From Oikopleura dioica (Eukaryota > Animalia > Chordata), in assembly GCA_907165135.1 (NCBI GenBank), contig OU015568.1, forward strand, positions 15,015,208 to 15,079,207: a stretch of 64,000 nucleotides of DNA, written 5' to 3'. Below, piece by piece: positions 32,161 to 46,701 of the stretch. The translations under genes and the position numbers were made by a program. Within the stretch, counting starts at the first letter, position 1, and each line of letters begins with the position of its first letter. A model generated the notes under the pieces. The model made no database searches. It was given only the letters and a program-made list of their open reading frames with translations, and had not been told where the DNA came from.

Positions 32161-34954
32161 CTACAACTCGTCTTTCATATTCTTTCGTATCTCATTTAGG
32201 TTTTCCATTCGACGAAGCAAGGGGCAAAAAATCTGCGTATCCGGGTCTTCATCTCTTTCCTCCTCACAATTTCCAACGAGATGAGTTTTGAGCTTGAGCA
32301 AAGAATCATCGATGATTTCTGCTTCCTCTTCTGTGCACTTTCCATAAACGGATTCCACGACCGCAAGATACGCATCAATAAAGCTGACGGATTTGCCCAG
32401 CTTCAATTGTTCCGGTATGATTGAGCAAATCCCCTCTCTCAGAAATCTTGATTTAGTATTGAGTGAGCTGTACTGTTCTCTTCTGTCTTTGTCGGTCTCT
32501 TCGTCGGACAATGCTTCTTTTTCTTCGCGCAGTAAATCTGCCAGTAATTGGACGCTCTTCAGGGCTGATTCTTTTTGTTTTGAAAGCTCAAGCAAAATCT
32601 ATATCAGGATAGTAATTATATGTGTTGATATTGACGTTCGTAGATATATGTTTTGTGGTGTTTTATTCCGAGTACTTTCGTCCATAAGGACATCATCAGG
32701 GCTAAGAAAACAGTAAAATAGAGAAAAATTAGAAGGTGCTTACTTACTTATGGGGCGATTTGCTGGCTCCCTTTCCACCTGCAAAACTTGCGTGAACTTG
32801 GTGTTGTTTTTGTCTTGTTTTCGACTGTTATTTTATTTTCAAATCAGTCTGACCCTGCGGAGTGGTCTCCGTTTGCCCAAGTCGCCGTTTGCCCAAGTCG
32901 CCGTCTGCCCAAGATCGCCGTTTGCCCAACTTGGGCAGACGGAGACTTGGGCAAACGGCGATCAAATTGAAAATATAATCATAATTCAATTCAAAGAAAT
33001 TAAATGCAGTCCTCACAAGCGCTAATCCCCAACTTGGTTGAATTGGTTTCCCATATAATATGGGCCATATTGCTGTTTCTTGTGATTCATTTTAGGTTTG
33101 TTCTATTTTTGGAGTTGTTTCTGATTGAAACTGAGGGAATACAGGCATTGTGAGAAGTGAGAAAAAGGGGAAAACTGATGGAACTCTTCCCAAAACCTCC
33201 TCCCAGCGAAGAGGAGTACTCAGGCTTGTTTTACAAATATCAAATGCACAATCTAATGACAATCGAATTACGATCCCGTCTCAGTAAAGCGGAGCCTTTT
33301 TTCTTCTTTTTTCTCTTCCGAGAATAGTTTATTAGGAGTCCTAATCAAACCTAACCAGGGTTAGTCCTAATTTAGGACTTTTATTGAGAATTAAGCGACT
33401 CTCATAATTAAACCATCGATTACGAAGGCTCTTCGTTATCAATGTAAACGATGTCATACTTCGGAAAGCATCCGTAGAGTCCACGATACTGTTTTTTTTC
33501 ATTTCGTCTCTTATTAATGTGTTTATACTAAAGAATTTATTCGAAAATCGGTTCATACTATTGAAAACCAATATAAGAAAATTGTGGTGGTCTTGTCAAG
33601 AATCCACGGTTAATAACCGTTCAAAAGACATCACAGGACAACCTTTGTTTTCACCTGAAAGTTGCAAATCAGACCGCAATCAGCAGACTCAGTGATGATA
33701 ATGAAATTCTCGCCTTACTTCTATCATTTTATGATGAATCAATTAAAAAAAATTCACATCGCCGTTTGCCTAAGATCTCCGTCTGCCCAAGTTGGGCAAA
33801 CGGCGACTTGGGCAGACGGCGACTTGGGCAAACGGCGACTTGGGCAAACGGAGACCACTCGACCCTGCGCCTTTCTCAGTAAGCACCTTCTAATTTTTCT
33901 CTATTTTACTGTTTTCTTAGCCCTGATGATGTCCTTATGGACGAAAGTACTCGGAATAAAACACCACAAAACATATATAGGATAGTAATTATCTTTTCCA
34001 CCGGTATCGACGCGATGAGAACATGTTCTATCCTACCCTGTGCTCCGCCATGACGAAAGAAAATACCCTGCGCGTATGGAAAATCGCGGATAATCGCTCC
34101 CAATGGATAGAGGATCTTCTTGGACCAGTCATGGCTTTTTGCGGTGACGATTTGCGTCAGCAATCGAGAAACAGAGCGCCCATTGATGAATTCGACTTTT
34201 ACTTTTGCGTTTCCTTGCGCTGCGGCAGCGATGGTTTCTGCTGAGAGTCGCTTAATCGTTTCACTTTCTCCGTCTTCAAGATGATCGAGGAGGATCGACA
34301 CGCCATCGAGCTGCATCAAGTCAGCAGCATTGTCGATTTGATGAACTTAAAGAATAAATACCTGATTAAAACAAGCTTAAATACCTAAGAATTCTAGCTC
34401 TTCCAGCGCTCTTTCTTTCACATCAACGCTTTCTGCTGATTTTAGCGCGTTCGTGATGTTTTTCATCAAATCAAAGTCTGCAACAAGTTCAACTCCCAGT
34501 TCATCAAAGTTCCTTTGCTCGCTACTATTATGCTTTAAAATTTAGTTAATATCCATCAAGAGGCAAGAGAAATTACCAATTCCTGCTCATCGAGATAGTC
34601 GTTTATTTTCTTGATTGAAGCCTTCTGAGCCTCTGTTAGTTCTGGTTTCTCCTCTTTTTCAAAGGCTTCGTCTTCAGGCATGACAACGACACTGGTTCTT
34701 TCGGCATCAGGATTTGGCAGCGCGTCGTCCGGATCTAGGAGTTTTGCTTTTCGCTCGCCGGTAGTAAAATCGATGGAATAGTGAAGCCCGGGCGGAAGGG
34801 GCTCATTTTCTCGATCGCGTTTTCATAAACTTGACTTACGTAGCATGAATCGATTGAAATAAAAAAAACGCTTCCCTGGTACGATTTGCCATTCATGAGT
34901 AGCAACAAACTCAGATTTTATCGCCCCAATACCGATTAGAATCGACAAACGCAT
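32161..34954 (-). CDS. SIL1: ER nucleotide exchange factor SIL1, multi-exon
   Basis: FVATHEWQIVPG..LPPGLHYSIDFTTGERKAKLL, AAQGNAKVKVEFING, KKILYPLGAIIRDFPYAQGIFFRHGGAQ; C-terminal KDEL. Confidence 0.9.
32644..33978. mobile_element. Outer MITE with 101-bp TIRs (32644-32744 / 33878-33978) in a SIL1 intron
   Basis: Arms are reverse complements as read; AT/TA-rich ends, so the TSD is ambiguous. Confidence 0.85.
32860..33860. mobile_element. Inner Mutator/Foldback-like non-autonomous element (1001 bp) nested in the outer MITE
   Basis: TIRs GAGTGGTCTCCGTTTGCCCAA... built of 16-bp GTCGCCGTTTGCCCAA repeats; 9-bp TSD GACCCTGCG at 32851-32859 and 33861-33869. Confidence 0.88.
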
Positions 34955-35009
34955 AATGATCTGAAAATATTTTCGCCTTTTCGTCCGTGAAATTTAAACA
35001 ATTCCAGTT

Positions 35010-36081
35010 TTAACTTGAACTCGAAGCATCATAGGATGAAGGAACGACATTGTGGAAATTTTTATCAATGTTGGACTGGGCCATGTGACTTCCATATCCT
35101 TGAACGGTGTTACGTAAATCTTTGGCGGATTTTATCACATCGACCATCTGCTGGAGAACGTAATTTACGGATAAGGAGGACTCGTCATTGCATGGAATAG
35201 GATACGAGATCATGGAAGGATTTATATCCGTGTCAACCAGACCAATCTGAAATTTATTAGTCCTCGTTGTTGTCAATGGGGAATCTTACAATTGGAATAT
35301 TTCTTTCGCAGCATCCAGAAATATGTTTTGGGAGGACACCTGGCGTTTTACCCAGACAGTTTAATAAAATGACAATATCAGGCTCCACTCGTGCTGCCTT
35401 CTCGCTCAGGAAAATTGGCTCGTTGACGGAAGTATCGCAATATTCGCCAGCTTCCTTCGCAGCTTGGAATTTCGTTAGTTTATTTCCAGACAAAGGTCAT
35501 ATGACCAATAGTGCCCTATATTTGATTCTACATAGCTTTTTGATATTACAGTCTATTACATAATACAGAGTTGTTTATTTTTCTCTTTGGCTGATTCGCG
35601 TGATCTGAATATACCTTTTAAAGCTGCTCTTGAATTACTCCCTTCGCTATTTGGCATGAATAGGATCGTTCCACCCCGTAAAGCCACGTGTCCAACAAAA
35701 TTTAATGCGATCATGAGTTGTGCTCGACTCTACAGACGTGTCCTTATTCATGACGAAAAGTTACACCTTGTACCTGATCGAGGTCGATGATGTCGGTTCC
35801 ATTTCGACAGCCGAGAATATATGGCTCCATGAAAGGATTTCGCATGACAACATTGTGTCCCAGATGCATTCTTGCTTTGTACATCTGAATTTATTTTTGT
35901 AAAAATCAAAAGATATTTGACTTACATCTTGCCATTTGATTTTGTTTTTCAAATTGAAGCAGTCCTTTTGCTCCAATAACTTCTGAAAAGCGATGTTGTC
36001 CTTTGCTCGATTTTTCATAACGCTACTGGATGACTGCAGCTGAACAGCGCTTGACTGCTGTCTCAATCCAACTCGCCACAT
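35010..36081 (-). CDS. MRPS2: Mitochondrial ribosomal protein uS2m, multi-exon
   Basis: ARMHLGH...[58 protein letters not shown]. Confidence 0.9.
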
Positions 36082-36267
36082 TCTACAAAATCGACTGAGT
36101 TTTAGATCAAAATGATCGCACGAGTAAATGACGGATTTTGTTAAAGGATTTGATAACTGATTTATTTAGCTTTTATTGAAGTACAGTAGGGCAGCATTCA
36201 TCTCTTTATCTTTTATTGAACTTCTAAACATGTCTAGATAGTTAATGTACAGTTTTTACAGAATCAT

Positions 36268-38781
36268 TCACCCCGAGAAGTAAATTTTATACTCCGCTGC
36301 GATTGGTTTGATGAGTTCGAACATAGATTCAAAACTCATATTAGGATCGAATTCATCGTGACTTCTTGAGGAATTCGGACGGTTTGCGGCTTCACGGCGC
36401 TAGAAAGGAAAGTCTTTATAAAGGGATCTTTCTTTATCAATCCGAACCTGATCCTTCCAATCTCCAAGAAGAAAGACATACTGTTGGTGTTTCTCTTCGT
36501 CGCCGAGGTTAAGATACACATTTATCAAACCTTAGCACAAAATTTGTTAGCCTTTCGATGGTGAGTTGATTTCTACCTGTATAATCGTACTCAAGACCAG
36601 AGTACAGCCCGCCATGGTGTTTCTTGCAAATTTCTATTCCCTTGAGATAAAGTTTTTCCGCCATTTTGTATTTCTAAGAGAAAATAACAAAGAAATAAAC
36701 AAATGGATTTGGAACCTTCATGTCATAGTTATACAGCGATGCGAGGTGGCCAAGACTGACAGCTACTTCCGGATCATCATCGCCAAGGATCTTGGTTTTG
36801 ATTTCTATCGCTTTCTTATGAAGAGATTCTGCGTCTTCGAAATGCTTCATCGATTGGTAGAGACGGCCGAGATTCCCAAGATGCTTGGCGGTTAGCTGGA
36901 GAAAGATTAATGACGAAAGCGAAAGTTTTAATCTGTAATAACTTACGACAGAGTATTCCCCGAAAGTCCTCCTAGCAACTTCTAAACTCTCCTTTTGAAG
37001 TTTATGCGCTTCCTCAAGCCTTTCTGTTTTCAAGATTTTCAATTTTTGCTCTTCGATCTGCAGGTGATGAAGGACGGGAATATCGAGAGCTTCTTCTTCG
37101 ATGATAAGCGCTAGAACTCGCTTCGCCGAGCTGAGTTGCAAGTGATCTTTAGGCAAGATGTCTTGATAGATCGACATCGATTTTCGTATGTAATGTCTTG
37201 CTTCAATGAAGTTGCCAACGCGGTATTTCTTTACATAACAGGAGTAGCTAAAATATAATAACTGACGTTTTTGTTGAAAATGTTACCTTAGATCTTCATA
37301 AACTGATGCTAACTGGACACTGTTATAACGGCCAAACTGTCTTTCCCGAAGAACTTTTGCTTTTTGATAAAACTAAGAGGAATTAACAAGGATAATGGAA
37401 GTTGGCGCAAATAATTACCAAATTTGCTTCATGATTTCTATCGTCCTGCATCAAGCAATAAGCATGATTCAGCAAAGCATCAGCAAATTTATGCTCGAAC
37501 TGGGCCGCATGATAGAGGCATAATCGCGAGAAAACAAGCGCTTTGGAAAAATTTCTAGTGACAGCAAGGGAACGCGACAGGTATCGCAAAACTTCGATGT
37601 ATGTCCGTCTTGAGACTGAGCCTTCTCCAACTGAATAAATGCTTCGCAAAAAGTTTTTATAGAGCGAATACTATGTGCTACGCAGAATGCAGTGATGGCG
37701 AACTTCAGGGCTTGTTGAAAGTTTCCCTCGGCGTAGAAAATCCCAGAGATATTCCCATAGTATTCAGCGCGCAGATCAGCCGGAAAGTTTCTTGCCAAGA
37801 CGATAAGTGAGAGCATTGTTTTGGCTTCTTTTATGTCTCCCTCCATGACGTAGGAGTAAACGAGTCGGTTTTGAACCCGAACCCAGAGATGATGGACGGA
37901 GTCGGTCATCGTTCTGAGACATTTGACTACGACGCTGAGACCTTTACTTTGGGGAAGACGCATGAGAATTTCATTTAACAGCATTGCCGACTAAATTTTC
38001 GAATTTGAGTTCGAAGGGAAGGAAAATTGCGAATAAGCTACCTGTCTGTACCACCCTGCTTCAGCCATAAAATCAGCCACATCCAAGATATATCGAAGGT
38101 GTTCTTGGTCCCTCGGTGGGATACCATTTCTACAGCCAGTTTCGACAACTGATTTGGTGATCAAAAAATCGACTCTGGAAAAGAAGATGTATGCATTGAA
38201 GAACTCCTGAACGATCGTATGAAGCTTGAAACGATCTATGAAGAGAATGATTAGCGGAATGTTCAATGCAGGATCAAACATACCGTATTCTCTCAGGAGG
38301 CGTTGAAAGATGTCTTTTTGGGTAAACGCGGCGTATGAATAAAATGTGAAAGTACTTGTTGCACCGGGAAGGTCCGTTCTGCTGCTCCCAATACGAATTC
38401 CATCGTGAGAGCAAACGCATGATTTTCGCGCTTCATCCAAAATGTCGCCAACTACTTTCGTGGGCATCGATTTCATGACCGCAGTAATGGTGTCAATCTT
38501 TGTAAGGCCCTGGTCGAGGTGTTTCCGAATCGCTAGAGTGTACAAAGAAGGCGGAGAATCTCTTGGCTCTTGGTAGAAGACTTCTTCGATGATCTCGACT
38601 TCCATCTGGTCGTCTTCGAACTCGTCATCGTCTTCGTCGAACTCATGGGCATTCATCTTTATCATTTCAATTGTAACTGAAGAGATGAAAAAGGTACCTG
38701 GAGAATGGCCTCGTCGAGGATTTCGTCGAGCATCCGAACTGCTGGAGGGCCAACGTATTCGTCTTCAATCATCAGGTCCAT
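36268..38781 (-). CDS. APPBP2: Amyloid protein-binding protein 2 (TPR, CRL2 substrate receptor), multi-exon
   Basis: PPSLYTLAI, DFMAEAGWY, AKHLGNLGRLYQSMKHFEDAESLHKKAIEIKTKILGDDDPEVAVSLGHLASLYNYDM. Confidence 0.9.
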
Positions 38782-38847
38782 TCGATTCTGAACAATTTTC
38801 TCCAATAAAAGCACTTGCATGTACATTTTTAAAAAGAGATACAAGGA

Positions 38848-41600
38848 TCAACTTTTCTCGGCAGTATGAATATGTTCAAAGTCAAGCTCTTCAAAATGCT
38901 CTGGCGGGGCTTGGGTCAGCAGTTTTTCTCCTATAACAAGTTTTGCGAGGCCTCGCTGTTTCCCGAGAGGAGCCATGGTATCACCATACCAGGAAGATGT
39001 TATGTAATCGACATTATAAGCAATATTCGAATAGTGACGATCCATTGCATGCAGCGCTAGAAATTGATATTAATCTCGCTTGAGGAGGAGACAAACCTAA
39101 ATCTTTTTCCACCTCAAATCCTCTAACTCCGGCCATATGTGATTTTTCTGATCTGCCAAAGCACATGCCCCAGGCAAAAAGTTGTGTCGCCACTTTTCCC
39201 ATCTCAGAAACAATCCACTGCTGCTCAGGTAAATACGATCCGTACTGCTCGCAATGGAGTACTACATTCTGGGCGAAATCTCGACATGCAAACTCGTAGT
39301 AGATTTTGTTCCAACGGGTGGCGGTATTTCCTTCGTCGGCGAATAATCCAGTGCCGTCCTTTTTCGTGCGGTCGAGAAGATTTTCGACCATTCTTTTTGT
39401 CCACCGACGGTTAACAGAATTGCCTTTTTATAGAAGGAATATCTGAGGAAAGGATTTTCATAGTCTTATTTATTAGTCCTTGTTGTCATCAAAATCGACT
39501 GATTCGAATCACAAATCTTCGAAGAAAAAGAAAACCCGTGTCCAAAAGAAACAAGCTCAGGATGTGTCTTCCTCCAGTTAGCTTTCCAACCCATGATTCT
39601 TCGGAATTCCCTCGATAAGGGCACTGCCTCAAAGATGCGTTTCTCCATGTTTGCAGATTGAGCAAGTGCCGCTTGAAAACCACGAAGTCCTGTTTATAAG
39701 GGTCTTCTAATCGTTTTCAGATGTGACTTTCCATAATTCAAACGTTGACGATTTTACTTTTTATATATCAATTCTAGTTTTGAAATGATACTACGAGGAA
39801 GCCACTCGTGATCCGCCAGATGGGCGATATCACCTGGCTTGAAATCTACTAAGAAAATGACACAAGATATGACCCAATTTTCCTATCGTCATTTCCAAGT
39901 CATTATTTGGTATTTTTGCGCAAAAAGCAGCAAGTTCTTCTCTGTGAGTTTTCCAAGGCTGCTCAAACTGAATCGGCCCGAGAAAACTGACCAATTCATC
40001 ATACCAACGGACGGACGAATTAGCGAGTAGTCTAGCAGCTGCTATTTCCGCCGCGAGTGATTCGGAACTCCACGGCCTTTTTCCGCAGATACAGGTGATG
40101 ATTGATTCAAGAGAATAAATTTCGGACATCAGGTTCGTCAGACTAAGTGACACAAGATCCGTTTTGAGAAGAGTTCTACCGGGATGAAAAAAGTTAAAAA
40201 GGCTCAAAAACTATGAAAATAAATTATTTTTCATCCTTGCCTTCCAGTATTATCCTTGAGATATGAGTATGAATGGCAAGCAGCATCAAAACGCTCTCTC
40301 ATGCAACCAAGAATGGCAGAAGACTCAAGTAGATGTATTGTGTCTTGAAGGTACTGCGTCACGTCTGAAAATGAGTTGATATACAAGCAAAATAAAAAAT
40401 AATTATATAATTTTGTATCATATGTTTATGTATCATAGAATTTAATTAAAAAAAAAAAAGAATTTTTATCGCATCTAAAAGACAGACTGTCTGATTAGGA
40501 TAATGAGGGGCATACATTCATAATCCTGCATTTCCTCATAATGAACACAATACGGTATTCTCAATACCTTGCGAAATAATCTCTTCTCCTGAGATGAATT
40601 TAGTCGGAATAAGCGCATCGAGTGGAATATCAACATCCGACAGAGTAAATTCTCCGCATGGTTTAATTTCCACGCCCCTCGCGTTCTTCGGAATGAGCGC
40701 ATAAGTTTCCCCACCACTTTCCAGCTGAACCTTTGCCAGGATGTTCGTCACTCTCCCGGATGTGAGGAACCGGAGCGAACCTGATCCAGATACTTTTCCA
40801 TTTTCGGAGTAAAAGAGACCACTTTCGAAATATGGAACTGTTGTGAATCCGCTTTGCTTTGTTGGATAAAAATTAGCGAACATTTTTATGCCGTGAAAAA
40901 TAGGCTTCGATCAAAACAAATCGGAGTTTTAAACAACTTTCCTGACAGCATCAATGGATACAATATCAATTTGCTTCTTCGTTCCATACTTTAAAATCGT
41001 ATCAATCGCAGAAGAATGAGCAGCGAACAGAAAAGCAAAAGGAAGATTCGTGCCTAGTCCTTGAATCAGCGCTGATTTGAGCATCAGCGTCGTGCCAGGA
41101 GGACCAGGATCTCCACCGAAATCGACGGGGACGCCATGTAATGGGGCGATAAATCATGATTCTTGAATGAAAACAATCATGGTAGACTTGGTTTCCGGCA
41201 TGTTTCCGTATGTCTGTCTTATTTTTTGTCAATTTAGCGGATAATTTGCACAAATTAACATTGAATTAGAATAGACCTAGAATCATCGCCCCAAGCCTAT
41301 GTCAAACAAAGAGGAATCTTTCAGTCCCAGAAAACATTCATCCAGACCATCAGCCTGGCTAATATGAATTTTAAATGAAGCGGCTTCGGCAAGGATGCGC
41401 TCGGCTAGCCGGTTTGTGGGAAGTGTTGGGTAGGGTGCAAGCCAGTCTAGATCCATTTGTTGACAGAAAAGCGAGTTGATGTAGGAGCGGGCGGGGAGGG
41501 AATCGGAGTTGAGCTCTTGCATGTTGTTGTATTGACGCAACGGAAGTCGGATTCTTGATTGAGGGAGACATGATTTTGAGAGCCGATTTATACGAAACAT
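38848..41600 (-). CDS. ACAD9: Divergent acyl-CoA dehydrogenase 9/VLCAD-like protein, multi-exon
   Basis: Mitochondrial-type leader, SYINSLFCQQMDLDWLAPYP, EIYSLESI, FLGPIQFEQ, and C-terminal EQYGSYLPEQQWIVSEMGKVATQLFAWGMCFGRSEKS resembling the ACAD9/VLCAD extension. Confidence 0.7.
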
Positions 41601-41976
41601 TGTCCGATCTGATAGAGCTATCATTTATTTGATATTCTATTAGCACGAGAATAGCAGTAGTTATCAACCTTTTTTATCAAAAAAATTCGATGGTCTGATG
41701 AGTAGTTTTGCCAGTTAAAAAGATTCTAATATGATCTAATTAACATGATATTATATCATTGATATAACGAACCAAGTATTCTCGTAGAAACGCTCAGAAA
41801 GCTAGATTCTTCCTTTTTTATGTAAAGTCAAAAGTCTATTTTCGGAAGACAAATGCTTTTATTCATTTGAAAATGGAAGTCATGGAGAAAGAGCTAAAAG
41901 TAGAAGGTGCAAACGAAATATTGGTCATGTCAGTAGGAAACAGTCAAGAAAATCAAATTCGTAAATAGATAAAACT

Positions 41977-44356
41977 TTAGACAACAGTAGGAGGCCTGAT
42001 CGAGTTGGTGCTTGAGGAAGCTGCGGATCGTTTGGAAGCGTCGCAGAGATGGGCCAGGTAAGGAAGGATGCGATCTGTTCGCAACTCGAGCACGTCCCTC
42101 GCGGTAAGATGAAATCCACTTTCTCTTGCCGTGTTCGCGAAGCGCTCAGCATTCCGGCTTAGAATCGATGAACCGGTGGCTTTAATGAATTCATACCTTG
42201 CTTTTTGCGATGATAAAGTATCATCATTTGGCCCGGGGAGCTCGACGAGCAGGGCCTCCGATGTTTTCTTTCTCCTTGCGTTGTAGGCGCGGATAAAGAT
42301 GATACCATCCATCAGAGGCGTTGACGGGGGAAGCTGCTTGCGAAGACATTCGGAAAGAGCTTCCAAAAGTTGATGCTCCGTTCTTGAGCTGAACGAACAT
42401 TTTAGAAATGGATGGGTCAAGAGTTGGAGATTTCACGATCAAATGAATCGAAGGTCCTTTGATTCCGCGTCTTGGGTTAAAACTGAGATTTCCTTATCAT
42501 ATCCTGAAGAATCGGAATAAAACGACCTATGAGTCACAGTAAGTTTGTTAATGCTGATGATGATGACGTACTTTTTGTTACACGAGTTTGAGTACAACGG
42601 TTTAGTTCTGTTTTGCGCTCGGACAGAGGTTGGCTTCCGATTGCTGTCAGTAACAATCAGTCGATTAAGTGAGGAGACATGCTGATCAAACCTTGACCCG
42701 TTCTCTTTCTCTGACTGTATTCTTCGATAGTTTTGAAGAGCCGTTTTTCGAGCTGTTTCTGTTTTCTTCGAAGAAGGTTAAATTCGTGGTTCTTTGAAAA
42801 GACGAACCTGAATCTGTAGCTTTTTTGTCTCTTCAGAGAGTGAAGAGATAGAAGACCCATTTGAAGAGATGCTGCTCTTTGAAGATTGCTTCGAGAGCGG
42901 CCTTGGTTTCGGCGGTATTTTGTCGGGCCTCTTTGCGATTGGCGGAGGCTGCACTGAGCTGGTGGGAAGATTGTGCTTGACGGGCGGTCGCTCGCGCTTT
43001 ATCAGGGGACAGACACTGGTCTAACTTCGGCATTAAACTTGTGGTCGCGGAGCAAGAACTCCGTGCCCAAATACGGTCCGGGGATGGTGGAAAAGTTGCC
43101 ATCTATCAGGAAGTCAGTGATTCCCTCCCAAACACGCGGAAGTCTCGCGAGACGGTTGTTGCGGATGTCCAGAGACTCGAGCTCAAGCTGGAAAATTTAA
43201 AAGTCAAGACATCATTTCAAATGTTACATTTCTTGTCAAAGGAAAACTCACATTGTCCAAATTTGGAAGGGAGCAGAGTTTGTTATCGTTGAGTTGTAGG
43301 TTTTGAAGATTCGAGAATTCTACGATGTTTTCGGGAACGCTGTCGAGGAGGTTGTTTGAAGCTTTCAGCGATTGGAGATGTTTCAGCGGTTTTTGGAACT
43401 GAAGAAGAGGATGGAAAGTGAGTAAGGATAAGGGGCTTACTGTTAAGTTATCAATTTTGTTAAAAGAAATGTCGAGTAGCTTGAGCTGAGGCGGCAGTTC
43501 AGGGAGTTTTCGAAGCTGATTGAAGGAGATATTCAGCGTTGAGAGACGACGCAAGCTGACGAAGTGGTCGTGCGTAAATTGAACGATGTCACTGTTGAGA
43601 TTGTTAGCAAAAGAGAAGAGGAGTTAGTGGAACTGACCTTTCTGTCCATTTGATTTCGAGAATGCGGCTGGGCAACTTGAAGTTGATGTTCGATGCACGG
43701 AGGGAAATGCGACGCAGTTGATGGTAGTTTTCGTACTTTTTTGGATCAAAGTTGCGTTCGGCGAAATCTGAAAAGGGTTGATAAGAAAGGTCGGCAAGAA
43801 ATTCGCGTCGGACAAAAACCAGCGCGTCCTTGGAAAGATTGGCCTTCCCAAGAGTGGCTTTTTTACGACAGAATTCGAGGTTTCAATGGTTACTGCCCCG
43901 TGTGGGGCTACAGAAAAATTCAAATACTCATAAGAGTGTCCCTCTCCACGGAATTCTTTAGTAAAAGGCGAAAGAATTATACGTTTTGAAGAGAGACCAG
44001 AGCTGAGAGCTAAGAGTGCGGTTGGAACCCCATATCGACCGGTAAAACTGAGTGTTATGGTTTCTTGATTTCGCTATTTTCAACAATCGAGACAGGAGAT
44101 TCAGGGCGAAACGAGTCCTTTTTACAAGTTTTCTGATTTACGGTGCCTCAAATCAGACAAATAAATAGGTAAATACTCAAAAATTTGTTAAATAATCAAT
44201 ATTTTCGTTAATCTTGGAGAAAAGCATCTTTTTCTAAGAATTTTTATTTAATTTTTCGTAAATTCTGAGAAGAAATTCTGTAAAATTACCATTTGCAAGT
44301 CGCGGAAAAACAGCACAATATTCAGGCAGATGCGAAGGCAACTCTTCCAAAATCAT
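41977..44356 (-). CDS. Leucine-rich repeat protein (multi-exon; boundaries approximate)
   Basis: LxxLxLxxNxL repeats (LRRLSTLNISFNQLRKLP, LKLLDISFNKI, LQSLKASNNLL, LQNLQLNDNKL) followed by helical segments. Confidence 0.6.
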
Positions 44357-45894
44357 TGTTTTCGACTAGTCCTAAATAGTCCTTTCTTCAGTCACAGTAG
44401 CTGCATCCAGTATCGTCTGTATTCTTGATCGGAATCCGAAGTTCACTCTCCCATTCTACAGAACTCTCTGCTTGAGGTTTTCGTTTGTAAAAGAGCTAAA
44501 AGAAACAGAGGGGAAATAATAAAAGGCGGGCGACGAAAGAGAGAAAGAGCTCGACCGGCGAAAACAATAATCAAATCTATTTATCTTGTATGGCAGCGCT
44601 GCAAATTACTCCTCTGGCTAATGAGCCCGGAAAATAAATGCAGAAAACGAAGGAAAAGAAAATACAGAATAAAGACAGCTTCTGAAGGGACTGTGGGCCA
44701 CAGTCTGTGGCTCGTATGAAAAGGCAGATCAGTGATCACTTTAAATTAATAATTATTATAATAATAATTTGCTGATTTTATCGGTTATTCGTAGCGGATT
44801 TTTTTTTGGTACGATACTCAATTATAGTTATAGTTAATTTAGTCGTTTATGTGATTAAATGTAGCAATTAGATAAAAATCCTATAAAAAACCTCTAATTG
44901 TTGAAAAAGAAAGAAATAATTTGTAGCGATAAGACACTTCTATCAAGATTTTTAGAAGGTATCTGAAAATCGTAATGAAAAAATCAGGTGATTAGATGTA
45001 TATATGCCTTAGAGTAATTATTTTTAATTTTTTTTCAGTATATTAATGAAATTCAAGTAAAAAAGCAGGAAGAACGGACGAATTTTGATAATTTTTTCGC
45101 AGAATGAGTCATTTCTCTTTCCGGAATTCTTGAAATCTTCGAGTAAAAATTTCTCGATTCTCTGGATTTTCTGGATTTTCTTGATTTCCAAATTTTCAAA
45201 TCTTCATCAAATCTTCTGGACGCGTTTGATTGGCTAGCCGGGCGCCTTTTCCTCTCTCTCCTCGGGGGCCTTCGCAATAAAAAATTCTCGTTGCTTTCTT
45301 TCTTCCCCTTTAGGTTTCCTTTAATTTAGGTTTTTTCTTTCAATCGCTTTTTAATTTGAACTTGCTGGATGGCCGCCAGCCGCCTTTTCTGGCGGTTAGA
45401 GAAGGTTTCTGCTGGAAAACGATTTGCCACTCATTTCACCACGCCGCTAGACGCCTCAAGAAATACCATTACAGTAACTGCCCCTCAACCACCTCCAAAA
45501 GTGCTCTACAATGCTAAAGTAAGTAAGACCGAATGTTGATCGAATTTATATCTTTTTATAATTTTCCAACAATAGATGTTCTTCCGGGTCAATTTGCAGA
45601 AGAAATTTTTAAATACACTTCTCAAATAAATCTTTTGTATAAAATCAGGCCCCGTGATCCCGAAGGGTCAAGAGATATAGACAGATACTTTCGATACCTT
45701 TCAAGTAAGCTTTGAATTCCTCTAGAATGTCTTTTCTATGAGTTTTCTTCTGTTAAAAAAAATTAGTTTGTTTTCAACCTAAGGAGCTTGCACAAGGACA
45801 GGGCCAAGGACTCGAAACAGGTTAAAGTCCCATTAACCTATTTTGGTAAAACTTTTACCTTAAAAGAGTACGTCATTCTTTCTGCCTGAACTGA

Positions 45895-46000
45895 GCTCGG
45901 CGACCTGTGTAGAAAACCTGAGTCAAGATTTGAAAAAGTAAAATGGATATTTTGGCGATTTTCAAATCCTGACTCAGGTTTTCTACACAGGTTGACGAGC
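45895..46000. repeat. Short inverted-repeat element (~43-bp arms), probable tiny MITE
   Basis: ACCTGTGTAGAAAACCTGAGTCAAGATTTGAAAA pairs with TTTTCAAATCCTGACTCAGGTTTTCTACACAGGT with one mismatch. Confidence 0.8.
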
Positions 46001-46701
46001 CTAGTGCATGAGTCCGTCGATCCCTAAGTTCATTTTGTTTCTTGGGAAGTTCGTTTATCGGAACCCCAAGATTCTCCTTATCGCTTTTTTCGCTTGCATA
46101 TAAAGACGAGGGTTTGCGATTGTTTGACAGTCAGAAAGAGATAGATTTTTAAGGTATCACTTTGTTTTATCATTTTTAGGTCAATTTTGCCTCATAGTGC
46201 CGGAAAAGCATGAAAAGCAAATATCGAACTTGGACCAAGTTACGAAAGTTGCACTTTGGATTATGCATTTATCACAATTTCGCCCGACGTCGATTTATTT
46301 TCAAGTTCATATTTGCGATTTGCAATTCTCAGGGCTGCAAATTGCAAAGTACAGACGTTTTTCTAACGCCTTTGGACATTGCTCGGCAAATAATCGTAGT
46401 TTATAAGCAAGATCTTCTTCTGATCTTCCTGTCTAGCAATAAAGAATTTCTTTATAGCCTTTTTCTACAAACAAAGGGCCTTTGTAGCTTTTTTTTTAAC
46501 AATGGTTGATTTGCGGAGGAAAAAGAGAAAGGTAGCAGATTCTTGTGTTTTTTCACAGAATAAGCAATAAGGTTTACAAAGAAGGAGCTTCCTTTAATTC
46601 AAGCACGAAGCGCACACTTGTTCAATGATTTTGAGTTTTAGTTTTTTTAACGGCGTTACAGTTTCTTGACGTAGCCGCCATACACCCTGTTAAACATGTT
46701 A

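Noticed and set aside
38656-38665. Apparent ATGA stop/start overlap between two host genes
   Set aside because: Resolved by a 41-nt intron inside APPBP2; the upstream gene actually stops at 38848.
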